Below the pieces are notes generated by a model. That model did not search any database, was not told the origin of the DNA, and saw only the letters and a program-made list of their open reading frames with translations. DNA of 63,604 nucleotides, filler included, from Phoronis australis (lineage: Eukaryota; Animalia; Phoronida): assembly GCA_002633005.1 (NCBI GenBank). It is 8 parts of 8 records of this genome, joined end to end, with 100 filler letters (N's around TTAATTAATTAA, not from the genome) between each part and the next. Parts side by side here need not be neighbours in the genome. Positions count along the whole stretch, not along the records: positions 1 to 12,900 come from NMRA01001612.1; positions 13,001 to 21,834 come from NMRA01000113.1; positions 21,935 to 25,543 come from NMRA01002176.1; 5 more parts are not named here. One strand, given 5' to 3'. Position 1 is the stretch's first letter; each line of letters opens with the position of its first letter. Below are positions 12,220 to 24,530 of this stretch, in pieces. The translations under genes and the position numbers were made by a program.

Positions 12220-12375
12220 TTAAGCAGTCTGCACTAACGTTGGATTTTCTCGAGTTTTATGAAAGGGTGCCGTCTCACGGGTGAAGTGCAAAGTATCGAC
12301 TTAAGCAGTCTGCACTAACGTTGGATTTTCTCGAGTTTTATGAAAGGGTGCCGTCTCACGGGTGAAGTGCAAAGT
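12220..12375. repeat. 81-bp-period tandem duplication at the Sola3 right junction
   Basis: 12220-12294 is identical to 12301-12375, separated by ATCGAC. Confidence 0.95.
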
Positions 12376-12900
12376 GTCACAAAATCACTGGAGTGACGCA
12401 AAGCGACCACAAAGGAAGGTTTACACCACATCACTGGGATTTATGAGGACCGAAAGTATTGCCTTAGTGTCGTGTTATATTGTGTTGCAAAGTGCGATGG
12501 CGTCTCTTTAAATAATATAACCCCCACCAGGAGCACGTTCCATGAAAACTGACTCAAGTAAGACGTCACACGAAAATCTGTCTCAGTTTAGAGAATTATA
12601 ATTGTTAACATAAAATTAAAATAAAAACAAGTGATTTATGATCTTTCTGTGGTGAACACACTGAATTTTTTCTCCGACTCTTTTAGTAATGTCGACTTGT
12701 CTCCGGATTCAGGCTCCTTTTTGGTGAGTGGTTAAACAACCATTTCATTTAAACTTTCATGTGGACAAGATAGCATTGTTGTTTTTTGGGAACCATTCAG
12801 TCCGAAAATTGTAATATTGATCTGTTGATCATACTAGCAAAAATACATATTTAGCCAAAAGTTTGTTCATAAAAATCTTCATTTCCAATTGTTCATTAAC

Positions 12901-13000
12901 NNNNNNNNNNNNNNNNNNNNNNNNNNNNNNNNNNNNNNNNNNNNTTAATTAATTAANNNNNNNNNNNNNNNNNNNNNNNNNNNNNNNNNNNNNNNNNNNN
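12901..13000. other. Assembly spacer N-TTAATTAATTAA-N; also at 21835, 25544, 39460, 49584, 52838 and 60918
   Basis: The same ~100-nt construct, with stops in all six frames, occurs seven times. Confidence 0.97.
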
Positions 13001-13140
13001 TATTTAGAATTAGGACATTCAAAATTTCTTCCAAGTGCCCTCTAAATGTTTCCCTTCTGTTTTTAAATCACAGAGACAGCTACAACGATCTCGCTTGTCT
13101 CCATTTTACTTCTTCTAATATTGAGGCATTGTAATTGCAG

Positions 13141-15432
13141 TTCCTTCCAGTTTTTCTGGATGGATGACTTAGAAGCCGTGTGGAGCATCACTATGACAGA
13201 TTTGCCATCTCCTTCGCTGCTAGTCCTGGACACAAAGTCCCAGCTGTATTATCAGCCACTAGATGTTGTGACCACTGACATGACACCCGCGACTTTGGCT
13301 CAGTTCTTGGATGATGTGAAGGCTGGGAAGATACCGGTTAGTGAGCAACGTTTATCTTCTCTGTTAATGGATCTAATTCTGAAAAAGCTACATAAAACTG
13401 AGTCTAATGCACGACAGCTTCAACTACACTCGGGTTCTCTTAAATATTGTCCAGGTGGGCCAGTGAGCACCTCACTGCATTCTTATTACCCTCCCTTCAC
13501 TTCCGCCTCCCATCTCGTTACCTGTTACGGATTGTTAACTAAGACTTCATTCAACTTGCGACAGCTGTCTAGTGTTTGGTCAACATTTCAATGATCTAGT
13601 TTCAACAATTTTGAACCCATAAAATACTGTTCTCCTAGGCATTCACTATGTTATATACTGCAATATTATCAGTGTTGTGTCATGCTATTTTTGAGTAGTT
13701 TTAATGGCCTTTTAAATATTTATTTTTGTGTACAATGAATTGTGTTTGCTCTAACAATGCCATGGTTTTAATGCTTTCCTTTTTCAGGCACTGGGTGGCA
13801 CTGGTGTAAAAGAAAGATTAAAAAGAGTTTACTATGACATTGTCACGACCGTAATAGTAAGTGTTTTGTAGTTTGTTGAATGTCCCGTTCAAATTTGTTA
13901 ACATTCATCCTACAGTTAGTCTCACAACATGTCAGTGTTAACGAGATGGAAAGAAAACTATTTTCAGGTATTCTTCTTGCTAAAGTCTTGCCAGGACCTG
14001 CCTTTTAATTTTAGAAAAAGTGGTAATATCTTTGGGTACTAAAGTAAAGCAATGCGCATACTAATATTAGTTATCCTTGTGATTTTATAGTGGAAAGACA
14101 CTGATTCTGTTTTTACCATGTGTACATACTTTTGAAAGGATACACTAGTAATAAAGTTTGTGTTATCTTATCTCTTGTGTTGTGATCAACATGTTATTGT
14201 TACCAACACTGCTTTTAGTAATAAAACGTTTGTTTTCTCCACTCAGGGTGTTTGGCAGCACTCTCGCCTCATGTTCTGTGTCATGTTTGTCCTGCCTGCA
14301 GCTGTAATAGCTCTGGTTTGTTACACTCTGTGCTGTGCTACATGGGAAGAGGGAGATATGAATGAGGAGGACTTTGATGATGAAGAGGACGAGGTTGAGG
14401 AGGAGGAAGAAATATTACCAGGTGAGCAATGTTATGGTGAGGTACTCTAATGATACAGTAATTCCTCACTTAAATTACACATAAATGATTGCTGAACTGT
14501 CATTTTCTAGAGTATAATAATTACGCTTCTCTCGCAGCAATTTAGGAATAGTCTGTCAAAAGAGTCCAGTGGCACTTAATATGCTGTTAGTTTTCTTAAT
14601 GCTCATCATTGTTAGAAATTGATAAAATATAATTTCACATTTCTGCCGTATTGTGTCCACACATCATTTTGAGCATGATAAGTCTCAGTAACTCATACCC
14701 TCCACCCATCAGGCACATGTACACGTTTTGAGCAGATAAGCTTGTCAGTAACTCATACTCTCTGCTCATCATGCACACGTAAACATCCTGAGCAGGATAA
14801 GCCTGTAAATAATACTCTCTGCCCTTGGCTCTTGAAAGAAGACTGGTTTCCCCTTTTCTCAGAAAAATATCTTGATATGGTTTACGTTTTTCATTGTACT
14901 TTATAGTATCAAAATGTACTTGCAAATGGAACTCTGAGTGCAATAAAACTTGTTAACATAGAACCTAGTATAGGTATGCTTGTAACAAACTTTACTCCAA
15001 AAATACACCAATGAATCTTTTTTGCTTGTCTGCCTTGACGTGTGGTTTAATGTGGATCCACTGCAAAATTGGTCTCAACTTATTCCTTACTCGGGGCTTA
15101 TCTCTTGAGACCATGTTCTCCACACATAAAATGACACGCTATGAAAAGCCAACTTGTTAAGTCTGGTCTCAGGTTCCTAAAATCACCTCAGATTTTGACT
15201 AAGGAAAAATGACAAACAAATTTGTTAAGTGGTCTACGTCAAAATTTGTTTTTGTGATGGAAGGTTGGTTTATAGACACAATTATTGTTTTGAAATTTTC
15301 TTTAGTGTATTATGCATTTACTTCGTCTTTTATTATGATATAATTATGTTTTTTATTGTAGAATTAGTTCGAGAAGAGCATGAGATTGATAGTGAGCTGG
15401 TGAGGGAGAGAAGACGTGTGAAGAAAGAATGA
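13141..15432 (+). CDS. TMX3: Protein disulfide-isomerase TMX3, last four coding exons (5' part not seen)
   Basis: Exons 13141-13336 (FQFFWMD...PSLLVLDTKSQLYY...QFLDDVKAGKIP), 13788-13856 (ALGGTGVKERLKRVYYDIVTTVI), 14247-14421 (TM segment MFCVMFVLPAAVIALVCY plus acidic tail), 15362-15432 (...RRRVKKE*). GT-AG and phase-compatible. Colinear with the vertebrate TMX3 C-terminus as recalled (FQFGHMDG...AQGGDSILQRLKRIVFD...LPLGVISIMCY...KKKD). Confidence 0.9.
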
Positions 15433-17160
15433 TGACGGTTGTCTTGTTCCAAGCTAGTTTACTCTTTTACAGTTCTCCTACTGAATCAGTAAAGGCAATC
15501 GTGCAACAGATTGTTGTTGATAGTGGCTTTGTCACAACATGTTCTTGGTCTTTTTAACACTTTAATGAGCTTACAAGTTCTAAAGTAATCATGGTTACAT
15601 ACTGCTATCTCAAGTTTCGCGTGCATTGCTCTGTGGTGGGTCTCTTTCATCATGTTCAACAGATTTTGTGAAATCTGGCATAATTGAATACTTACCTGGA
15701 AATGTGGCTTCAATGTTGAAGTTGTTCTTAGTGAGATATTTATATTCTTGTTGTCTTCAGTGACATAGACCACTGCAAACGTTGGTATGAACAAGCTTGA
15801 TATTTGACTTTGTAAATCTTAGATCTTGTATTAAGCAACCTGTCTTGATGGTGCTAACCCTTTTGGTAAAAAAAATATNNNNNNNNNNNNNNNNNNNNNN
15901 NNNNNNNNNNNNNNNNNNNNNNNNNNNNNNNNNNNNNNNNNNNNNNNNNNNNNNNNNNNNNNNNNNNNNNNNNNNNNNNNNNNNNNNNNNNNNNNNNNNN
16001 NNNNNNNNNNNNNNNNNNNNNNNNNNNNNNNNNNNNNNNNNNNNNNNTTTTAATAAGGATAATTTTGTTAGTTTTGAATCTACCATATATTTCAAACTGG
16101 ATTTAAAGGTAATATCCAAAAATGAAAATTTTTCACTTTCTGGCCAGTAGGCAGCAGTTGTCCATCTGGTGCAGTAGCGCTGTATTGGGTGCGACTTCTG
16201 GTGTGATCGCGCTACGATAGATCAGTTTACACCACGTTGGAGAATCGTTCAGTTGCCGCGCAAGGTTAATGTTGCACCATATGCGTTCTATTGCTCACAT
16301 CTCTCAGGATATGAGCTTCGGTGTACTTTCAATTCTGCTGTTTTTGGAGTATTTTAGATAATCGTGCGACATGTCTGCTGGTCATCGGCTACCTTCAATG
16401 CTTAACTGTGATTACCTCAGTCCCCGTTCCATTGTCCTTTTTTCAAGACCACTGATAAATGTCAACATGTGCAAGGTAAAACTTGTTGACAGACACGTTA
16501 TCAATACAGCCATCGCCGAAAAACAGTGTTATTCAAAACTAATATCCTTTTATCTGACTAGTCCGGTATCGGAGGCACGTGTGGTATTTTCATTTTGATA
16601 TGACCTTTTCACGCAGATACCTTACTTTAAAAATGTGAATAAAGAAAACGAAAAAAACTAATTTGAAATGAGCATTTATGACCCATCATGTTTACGTGGT
16701 GAAGAATATTTCAAAAATACAGTACTTGTCTCGTCTAACGGTATGAGTTTGATTCATGTGCAACATGAGAAAAGACGGGGAATGTTAAAGACTGTTGGCA
16801 GCATACAACTGACTTGAAAAAGGAGGTCAAAGGCTATTGTAAATTTGAGCCTAAATGTGGCAAAACTATTTCCCTTAATCAAAGAGCACCCGTGTTCCAG
16901 AACTTGCACAAATTAACAACCTTGCAAATAAAGTCGCTCTGCGCGTAAGTTAAAAGTTAAAAAAAATATGAAGTACCAGCATTTTAGTGCGTTCGTGCCT
17001 ACATAGGCGAGGTGGCGGGTGTAATAGCCTCCCCAACTTTCGGGCAAAAATATGTAAAATTCGGGTAAAATAATGAAATTTTGGGAGTGCAACATCCAAT
17101 GGAAAACGAAGGAAAACGACAGAAATCCCATCGACATGGAATGTTATAGAGATTTAAAAT

Positions 17161-17433
17161 ATACATACATACATACACATATATACATTCATACACATAT
17201 ATACATACATACATACATACACACATACATACACATACATACATACATACACACATACATACACATACATACATACATACATACACATATATACATACAT
17301 ACATACACACATACATACATACATACATACATACATACACACATACATACATACACATATATACATACATACATACTTACATACACATACATACATACAT
17401 ACATATACATATATACAAATACACATACACACA
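17161..17433. repeat. (TACA)n/(TA,CA)n compound microsatellite
   Basis: Seen directly; it explains the YVCM and HTYI ORFs. Confidence 0.97.
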
Positions 17434-20400
17434 TGCTGTGAGTTGTCTGGAAAGTTTCTGCTTAACCAATTTCTCGAGGATACCTGGTATTCGTATAAGT
17501 TGACATTTTTTAAAACAATCATCAATATTTTATGAAATGATTGATATTATGTATTATTTTTTATGGGGCTGACCGTTTGTGCGCGTAGTTAGGACCATGC
17601 GCCAATATCCGAAATAATGCGTTTTTTCAAAAACAATTGTTCGGTTAAGTGTTTCCTTTGCACAGGTGCATGCCATGACGTGGATGAAGAAACGCAGTGT
17701 TCTTGACAAAAACAAGCAGTCTTGCTAGTTCAAAATCTATTTTTGCTACTTGGTTTGATGACATGTTTAGGTAGGCTGGCTTGTGAAGTTTGCTGTAACT
17801 AGTGAGGGTAACGGGCAACGGACCAGTCCAGTGACAAACTGTTGCACACTTGATTTTAATCTTTTCTTATTTTTAAAGTATGAAGGAAACCAGACCTGAT
17901 TAGTGTTTTATGGTTGGAAGAAAATTAAGTAAAATGTTTGGTTAACTTAAACCACGACAATAAACTCCCCAGTAAAAGTGCATACAGACAGTTTGAAACT
18001 GAAAAAAAACAAATTGTTTAAAATTTTAAAAGTTGCAGTGTTTGTGCATTACGTCTACAGCGTATTTTCCGAGTCTATATCAGTCGTAAGATTCTTCGCT
18101 ACATTCCTGGAGTCAAATAGCCAGGCATGTTTTCAAAATATAAAGAATGTGTCTCATATCTGGTTTGCAAATAGGCGTATGCGNCATCACGCCATCTATT
18201 AGGTTTTTGCCGGGTGGTTCGTGGTTGAGCGTTGCTGTGCGTGAACTTGGAATCTTGCTGAATCTCAAGATCGTGTATGCGTGAACATGGAATTGAATAT
18301 TCTTTAAGGCAAAAAGGTGAAAGTTTTGTTCGGTGAAATTTTTTTTTGCAATTATTGGCCTCGCGATCAACCATTTTCTCCTTTACCGTAACTTGTGTCG
18401 TTGAACCGGAGGAATAAGTGAATGGCTAAATCGATTATTACTTGTTGTAGTGGTGAAACTGATCGTCCGTAGTTAAAAAGGTTGGTTAAAATTGACATTA
18501 TTTTATTCAAATGTAACTTGATGTAGTGCAGTGCAAATTTTTCCGCACATGAACGTGATTATTTGAGTGAACATGTCAAGTTGCCTCGCGTATTCCAAGT
18601 TCACGCAACACTCACTTCCACTTAATCTTGAGATTAAGCAGGATTCCAAGTTCACGTACAGCAGAGCGAGTGCGGGGTCTAGGGTGTTCTGATTGGCTGA
18701 CGATCCAGTTTCGTTTCCAACCTGTTGTGTGCTATCTGTTCGAACCCAAGATGCCAACAGCTTTGATCTTAGAGATTATCTGGACAGTCACTTTGAATTT
18801 TAGCGTCCCCGGCCGAAGTCCGGAAGACAGAAAATGATTGGAAGTGGCTGAACTTTTATAAATTATTGTTATTATCCTTTTGATGTTATTTATTCTGACG
18901 CGTTCTTATCAGCTATTTTTGTTCTTAGAACACCGTATCTAGACCACAGCGGAAATAACTTTTTCAAACTTTCCCAAAACAACATTAATTGATTCTACTC
19001 TGTTTTTTCGAAAATGAGGCCAGTGGTGCGGTTTGTTTGGTTGTTCATCTTTCAAAAATCACTGAAACAAGCGAAAATGGTGCGGTATTTCTTTCACATG
19101 GGCGGCCGGGCGCACAATGAGGGGGGCTGGGATGGGTTATATCCCCCACAACGTATTTCAGTGCTGCTCCGCCCATGTTTCTTTCAGCTTTCACAATGCG
19201 TTATATATTAACATGTAATAATATTGATAGAATGATTTCAATCGATGAATTAGTTACCCACAGCAGGTACAACCTTTTACAGTTTAACTGGCACGTGCCA
19301 CATTTGTTTTTCTATAGTCGATGATTACGTTGGTGAATGAAAGGGGGCAACTTGTTGCTGAGCTGCCACACTTTTCATCGTGAGGGAACTTCTAGAAGTG
19401 TTAACCCTGACCAGAGCTACATAAAATAGCAAAATCCGTTGTGCTTTTGTGTTATTACAAATCGCGAATTCTTGTTTTTGTCTGCCAGATATTTCCTGAA
19501 GTCAAGGCTAGCCTCATTACTACAGTTGTGTGTTTAAATACGCTCAAAATACTCTGCGATTTAGCACCACACTAAATTTTATCCCGTGTGAGTAGTAAAA
19601 TGTTTTTTCCAAGTCGACTTCTTTTCAAGACACAACCGCAGATGACTCAGTTTCCTAGTCCCTATCGATACACATTCTGTTTTTTCGAGATTAGGTTTCA
19701 GGCCAGAAAGTTTAGAATATCAATCAAGCAAATTAGAGTTCGTGTCAAAGATTCGCCTCTGACTCAGTATTCAACTCCCAGTTACTTCTAAAGGGGCGAG
19801 CGGCGGAGGGGTACGAATTCGAATCATACGTTCGCGGAACACTATGCATAAGAGACAGCCAGGTTCATGCCTTTGCAACTCAAAGTCGGGAACTTGCAAG
19901 TAGGTGTGTAAGTTAAAGGGAGTGAATGCGAATAACCAACACCAGGCTCTCCTAGAGCACTGCAAAGCAGTAGCTGATTAAAATGTTATTTTTTAAAAAC
20001 ATTATAATTGATATTAATAAAGGAGAAATTATTGGATATAGTACGTACGTTTCTATGCGCACAGATCGCCACTAACAGTGACATCTATTGATATTTTAAC
20101 TAGTTAGATAACGCCGGCCGCCTCCTTTCTGACCAAACAAGATGCTTTAGAATAAACAAAAAGTGTATGCTTTTCAAGCAACCCGCAATCAAGTCATCAA
20201 TCCAAATTGTCAGGTATTAAGCCAAGAAAATATTCGTTGAAGCGCTTCCTGTTACATGTCATGAACCTGACATAACCGCTTTCTATTGAAACTGTAAAAT
20301 ACAGGCTTAACAAAGCAAGTTTCGGTTGGTCGTCAGTTCCTATTGTACAGAATATTAAACAGTTTCGCCCTAGTGTGTCAAGCGCATGTGAATGAAAGTA

Positions 20401-20528
20401 CGTTCCCGTGAATATTTGACTTCCTTGTGACAACAAGGTCAAATAAGCTTGTGCAGTTACGGTCTAGTTTATTTCCTGACTTGGGCTGGAGGAAACAAGA
20501 CAAATTCTAGCGAGCTGGTATTACAAAC

Positions 20529-20637
20529 ATGGCTTCTCTCAATCTTGTCGTTGTGCTCGTGTTATTGTCTGTGCCATCTTGCAGTGCCAAAAATCCGGGG
20601 TTGGTGTTACAGTTCTCAAAATCTGGGCTTAATTACA
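20529..20637 (+). CDS. LBP/BPI family protein, exon 1 only (signal peptide and start of BPI1 domain)
   Basis: MASLNLVVVLVLLSVPSCSA|KNPGLVLQFSKSGLNY followed by a phase-1 GTAAGT donor. Matches the NPG.....SxKGLDY motif and the exon-1 boundary typical of LBP/BPI genes. No downstream exons recognised. Confidence 0.8.
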
Positions 20638-21934
20638 GTAAGTACGAATTTTGGACTCGTAAGCTGTTTGTCAAATTGTGTCCTAACTTAGTTGCAAAGA
20701 AAGTATTTATCAAATCACTGAAACAGGGCCGGGACAGTATAGTAACTTGTTTTTTTAAACTGTATGCTGACCGAATTATCGCAGACAAGAGAAAGATCCG
20801 TTCTTTGGAAAAAAACGTTGACAAATAGTAGTAGCACTAAAGGCCAAAAAGCATAATTGGTCCTGGTTTGTGATTTTTTTGAAACTCGTGTGGGTGGTGC
20901 GGTATTTTTTAGTTCCCCACTTTTTCAAGAAAACATCACCTGAGACGAGCACAATGATTCAAGATTTTCACACATTCATGTCCACCCTTGCTGCAGCCTT
21001 AAAAAGTCACGACACCTTAATTGCTGAAATTGATGCGTGTGGGCGTTTTTTTCTTTAGTTGTCGGTGAGCGCTGGTCTCAAAATGAGTCCGGGTCCTGAC
21101 CCAATACTAATAGCAAAAGTTACAGTTATAATTAAAAAATAACAGTAATGATGGTGTTTGCCGTGATAGCGTCTGCGACATTCACAGCACAGCTGACAGT
21201 GCTCGCAGTACGATAACATCCATATTGCAGTTCTTTCAGTTGAGAAACGAGCTCTGTTTAGTTTGATGCCTTTGTATAAGTATTATACCTTGTCGTCCGA
21301 GTATTATTGGCGTTCACCCTCCAGACAGACCAAGATCTAGCTACTTGTACATGGAACATTATCGTTTACTATTTCCCTGAGTGTCATGACCTTCCAAGTC
21401 ACACGGTATTGCCATTCGTCAATTTCTGTATGGTGTTATCGATGTTCACAAAATGTCACAGTAATATTATGTCAACTAGGTTATGTTATACCGGAAAGTG
21501 TCGAGTACAACAAGGAAACAAGTTTCTGAGCTGAGAGGCAAAACATTTATTTATCCATAGTTCGGATATTCCATAGAGACCGGTAGGTAGGTCTATCCAT
21601 TGTTCGTTGTTTTTGTTTCTTATCATTCGATAATGGCAAGCATTTATCGGTAACGGGCTGATGCGCGCCCAAGGTACGATACCCGTGCGACCTGTATTGT
21701 TATATTCAACAAAGACGCAACAAAGGAAAATTATGGTAGTGTCCATAGCCAACGGTCCCTGTAGACTGATTTGAAGAGCTAAAATATTTAAATATCATGA
21801 ATAAGAGAGCAACGCCTTTAACTGGTTTCCAATTNNNNNNNNNNNNNNNNNNNNNNNNNNNNNNNNNNNNNNNNNNNNTTAATTAATTAANNNNNNNNNN
21901 NNNNNNNNNNNNNNNNNNNNNNNNNNNNNNNNNN

Positions 21935-22055
21935 ACAATGCATCCAAAATAACAATGCAACCTAAATAACGATGTAACCTAAATAACACTGCATCCTAAA
22001 TAAGAATGCAACCTAAATAACAATGTAACCTAAATAACAATGCTTTCTAAATAAC
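21935..22055. repeat. 17-bp minisatellite (AATGYAACCTAAATAAC), about 7 copies, adjoining a gap
   Basis: Tandem copies seen directly. Confidence 0.9.
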
Positions 22056-22096
22056 TTGGTTCCCCCAAGCCCCAGTAACACTCCTAATGAGAGTGC

Positions 22097-22301
22097 AATA
22101 ACATCTCACCAATTTAGGAGACACTTTGGCAGAGAAGTGAAATCTTCTCATTTTTGGCATGTTCAAGTTCTATGTGCTACTAGTTGCCCTTAAAAACATT
22201 TTGAAAATCTTTGGGTATCCAAAACGTCAGAAGCCCTTGAAAAATGAAACGGGGTCCTTTTGGCAATTGTTATTGTCCGAAATAGGCGAGATTTTACCAT
22301 A
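22097..22301. mobile_element. Tc1/mariner(pogo)-like MITE, family also at 41438-41683 with fragments near 42461, 43146 and 43455
   Basis: Ends ATCTCACCAATTTAGGA...TGTCCGAAATAGGCGAGATTTTACCATA. Internal AGAAGCCCTTGAAAAA is shared between copies. Confidence 0.6.
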
Positions 22302-22811
22302 GTCTAGGTACAGCCGATTCCGTTTCAAAGCAGGGGTCTAATTAAAAAAACAATGTTTTCACATTGAAAATTTCCAAAGCTGGTGGCAGTCTATGCTTTT
22401 GTCAGAAGAAATCTAACTTGTGTGAACTCTGAGGGAAAGAAATAACATAGCAGCACCTAGTGACACCAGACTGTTTGGAGATCTAATGAAAATAGTTCCA
22501 TTCAACATCTTCAACAACTCAAGAACAGTTGCCAGGCAACAAACCAGTCTTAGTTGGTGCTTAACAATTACCAGGGAAGTCAAATATAAAACAGAATTCC
22601 TTCAACAATTCCCTTAACGACTGCCGACCTATGCTCTCAACCTTGAACATGGACTGGAGAGGAATATTATTGACTTGCACCGTCTAGCAGAGCCTATGAT
22701 TGTTTTTTGAGATAAGATTTCTCAATCCCAAGGGACCTATTGCATGTCTGATGCCAGAAGTACAGGTTGAATGTATTAAACTGTTAAAATGTGCTGCGCG
22801 CCTATTAACCC

Positions 22812-22980
22812 GCCTTCCGTCACAAAAAACAACTTCTGATTTAGACCACTTACAGTTGTGAAATTGGTCTCAAAATTGTTACCTCGTCAAACTGGAGGCG
22901 ATTACAGGCTTCGAAAGAACTGACAGTTCGCTGTTGGTCGAGGCTAGTCTCTACAAGTAGACTTCTCGATGCGTGTCATG
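22812..22980 (+). repeat. Dispersed repeat fragment (second copy at ~48688-48831)
   Basis: Shared CTTCC.TCACAAAAA...TTGGTCTCAAA.T..T.CCTC.GTCAAACTG.AGG...AAAGAA.TGACAGTT...TACAAGT. Confidence 0.6.
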
Positions 22981-24466
22981 CGCTGAGAATGGTCCCAATG
23001 AATAACAACTGCCAACAGATGATGTGCTGAACAGACTTAAAATATTGGCGACCTGCCTCTTCTTAGCAAACTTAGAAATTGTATCTCCTCTAAAGAACGA
23101 GTGGAGGTCAATTTTCTAGTGTTAAGTGGTTTAAATCAGAAGTTCACTTCAGGTTTAAAGCCACTTTAAATCCTGAACATTTTCTAAGAAACACGGTGAA
23201 AAATGATGTCACCAATATACCCAGGTCCATCAAAACACGAAACAATTGAATTATGGGATTGAATTCTGCGTCTCCGTTTCAACAGTGAAGCCTCTTGACC
23301 TCAAATGCAAGCTAAAGTCTTCCAGTCTTATAGTCGTCAGCTGGGCATGTGTGGACAAACATTAGACCAGCAGTCAGAGAAACTTGTAAAAATGCAAAAC
23401 CACACAACACTTTGCGAGATATCGCCATGCGTTACAAGAGAAGTACGTGATCACACAAGCTTCCTTCGAGAGAACCATGCGTTTACAGAACTCAACCCAG
23501 CTCCCTGACACTCAACTTACCCAGAACAACAATTAATTGTCTGCTGAGGAACTGAATAGTAATTACTAGAGGATCTATAAACAGGATATATTGGATTTTC
23601 ACACCTTATACTGTCATGCTGGTCAAAGACTGGAGCTGATGACCACCAGCTTAGCTGGACACCATGCAATCAATGCCCAAACAAAGAATCAGAACCGCAG
23701 GTCAAAACAATTGACAGGAGTGACTTAACAATAAAGGTCAATGGAAGCCAGTCAAGTAGCAATTATTAATTATTCAAAAGAAATCAGCTTATTAGTTATT
23801 TTTAATTAACAGAGCAGTAAAATACAGTAATAAGATAATTTGAATGGTGAGCAATGCAGACTGAACACAGGAACCCAAGCAATTCCTGTCAAATAAAAAT
23901 TCAAGCTGAAATTGAATTTTCTTGATTATACACGACTCATCGTTCTCACAATCATGAATTTGGGCCCCACTTTTCAAATCCAAGATAAGTCCCTGATTGG
24001 ATTTGGGAGGATTTTGACATTCTTCAAATTTTTCGAATACTGGACAATGAAATCGACTTCACAGTTCATAAAATTGTAGAAATGACTGCTCACATAATGT
24101 TTTCATTCCTCTCCATAACATCAATTTGAAGGATCATTGGCTGAATTCAATTCTTGAATTTGAGGCCGCCAATATTCGTAATCTCTAAAATATTGCACAA
24201 AATCCAACCTTGACCAAAATAATTAAGTTTTTAACTGCTCAAACTGGACACTTTGTACTCAGTAGCCTTGTGAGAGTACTAAAAAGCCATTCTCTTGATC
24301 CTACCAATTTTTAATTCTGTTGCACGCATGATCAGCTGTGGGGCCAGGGTTGAAACATACTTTCTTTCATTTGCAGACTTTCCGAGACATTGGACATTTG
24401 TTATTGAATTGTTTGAATAACCCACTACACAACAGTGGTAAATTGACAGGATGACAGGCGAAAACT

Positions 24467-24530
24467 TTTAATACAATGAGATATTTGCCAGTGTATTAGA
24501 ATACACTGGCAAATATCTCATTGTATTAAA
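24467..24530. repeat. Perfect inverted repeat: 31-bp arms, 2-nt spacer
   Basis: TTTAATACAATGAGATATTTGCCAGTGTATT-AG-AATACACTGGCAAATATCTCATTGTATTAAA. Confidence 0.97.

Noticed and set aside
12946-12957. TTAATTAATTAA as a recurring motif or TTAA transposon target
   Set aside because: Always centred in a ~100-nt N run; it is an artificial six-frame-stop spacer.
16999-17525. Cys/Tyr/His-rich ORFs
   Set aside because: Translations of the (TACA)n microsatellite.
19384-19897. NF-kB-like sites (GGGAACTTCT, GGGAACTTGC) upstream of the LBP/BPI exon
   Set aside because: Neither matches the GGGRNNYYCC consensus fully; expected by chance.
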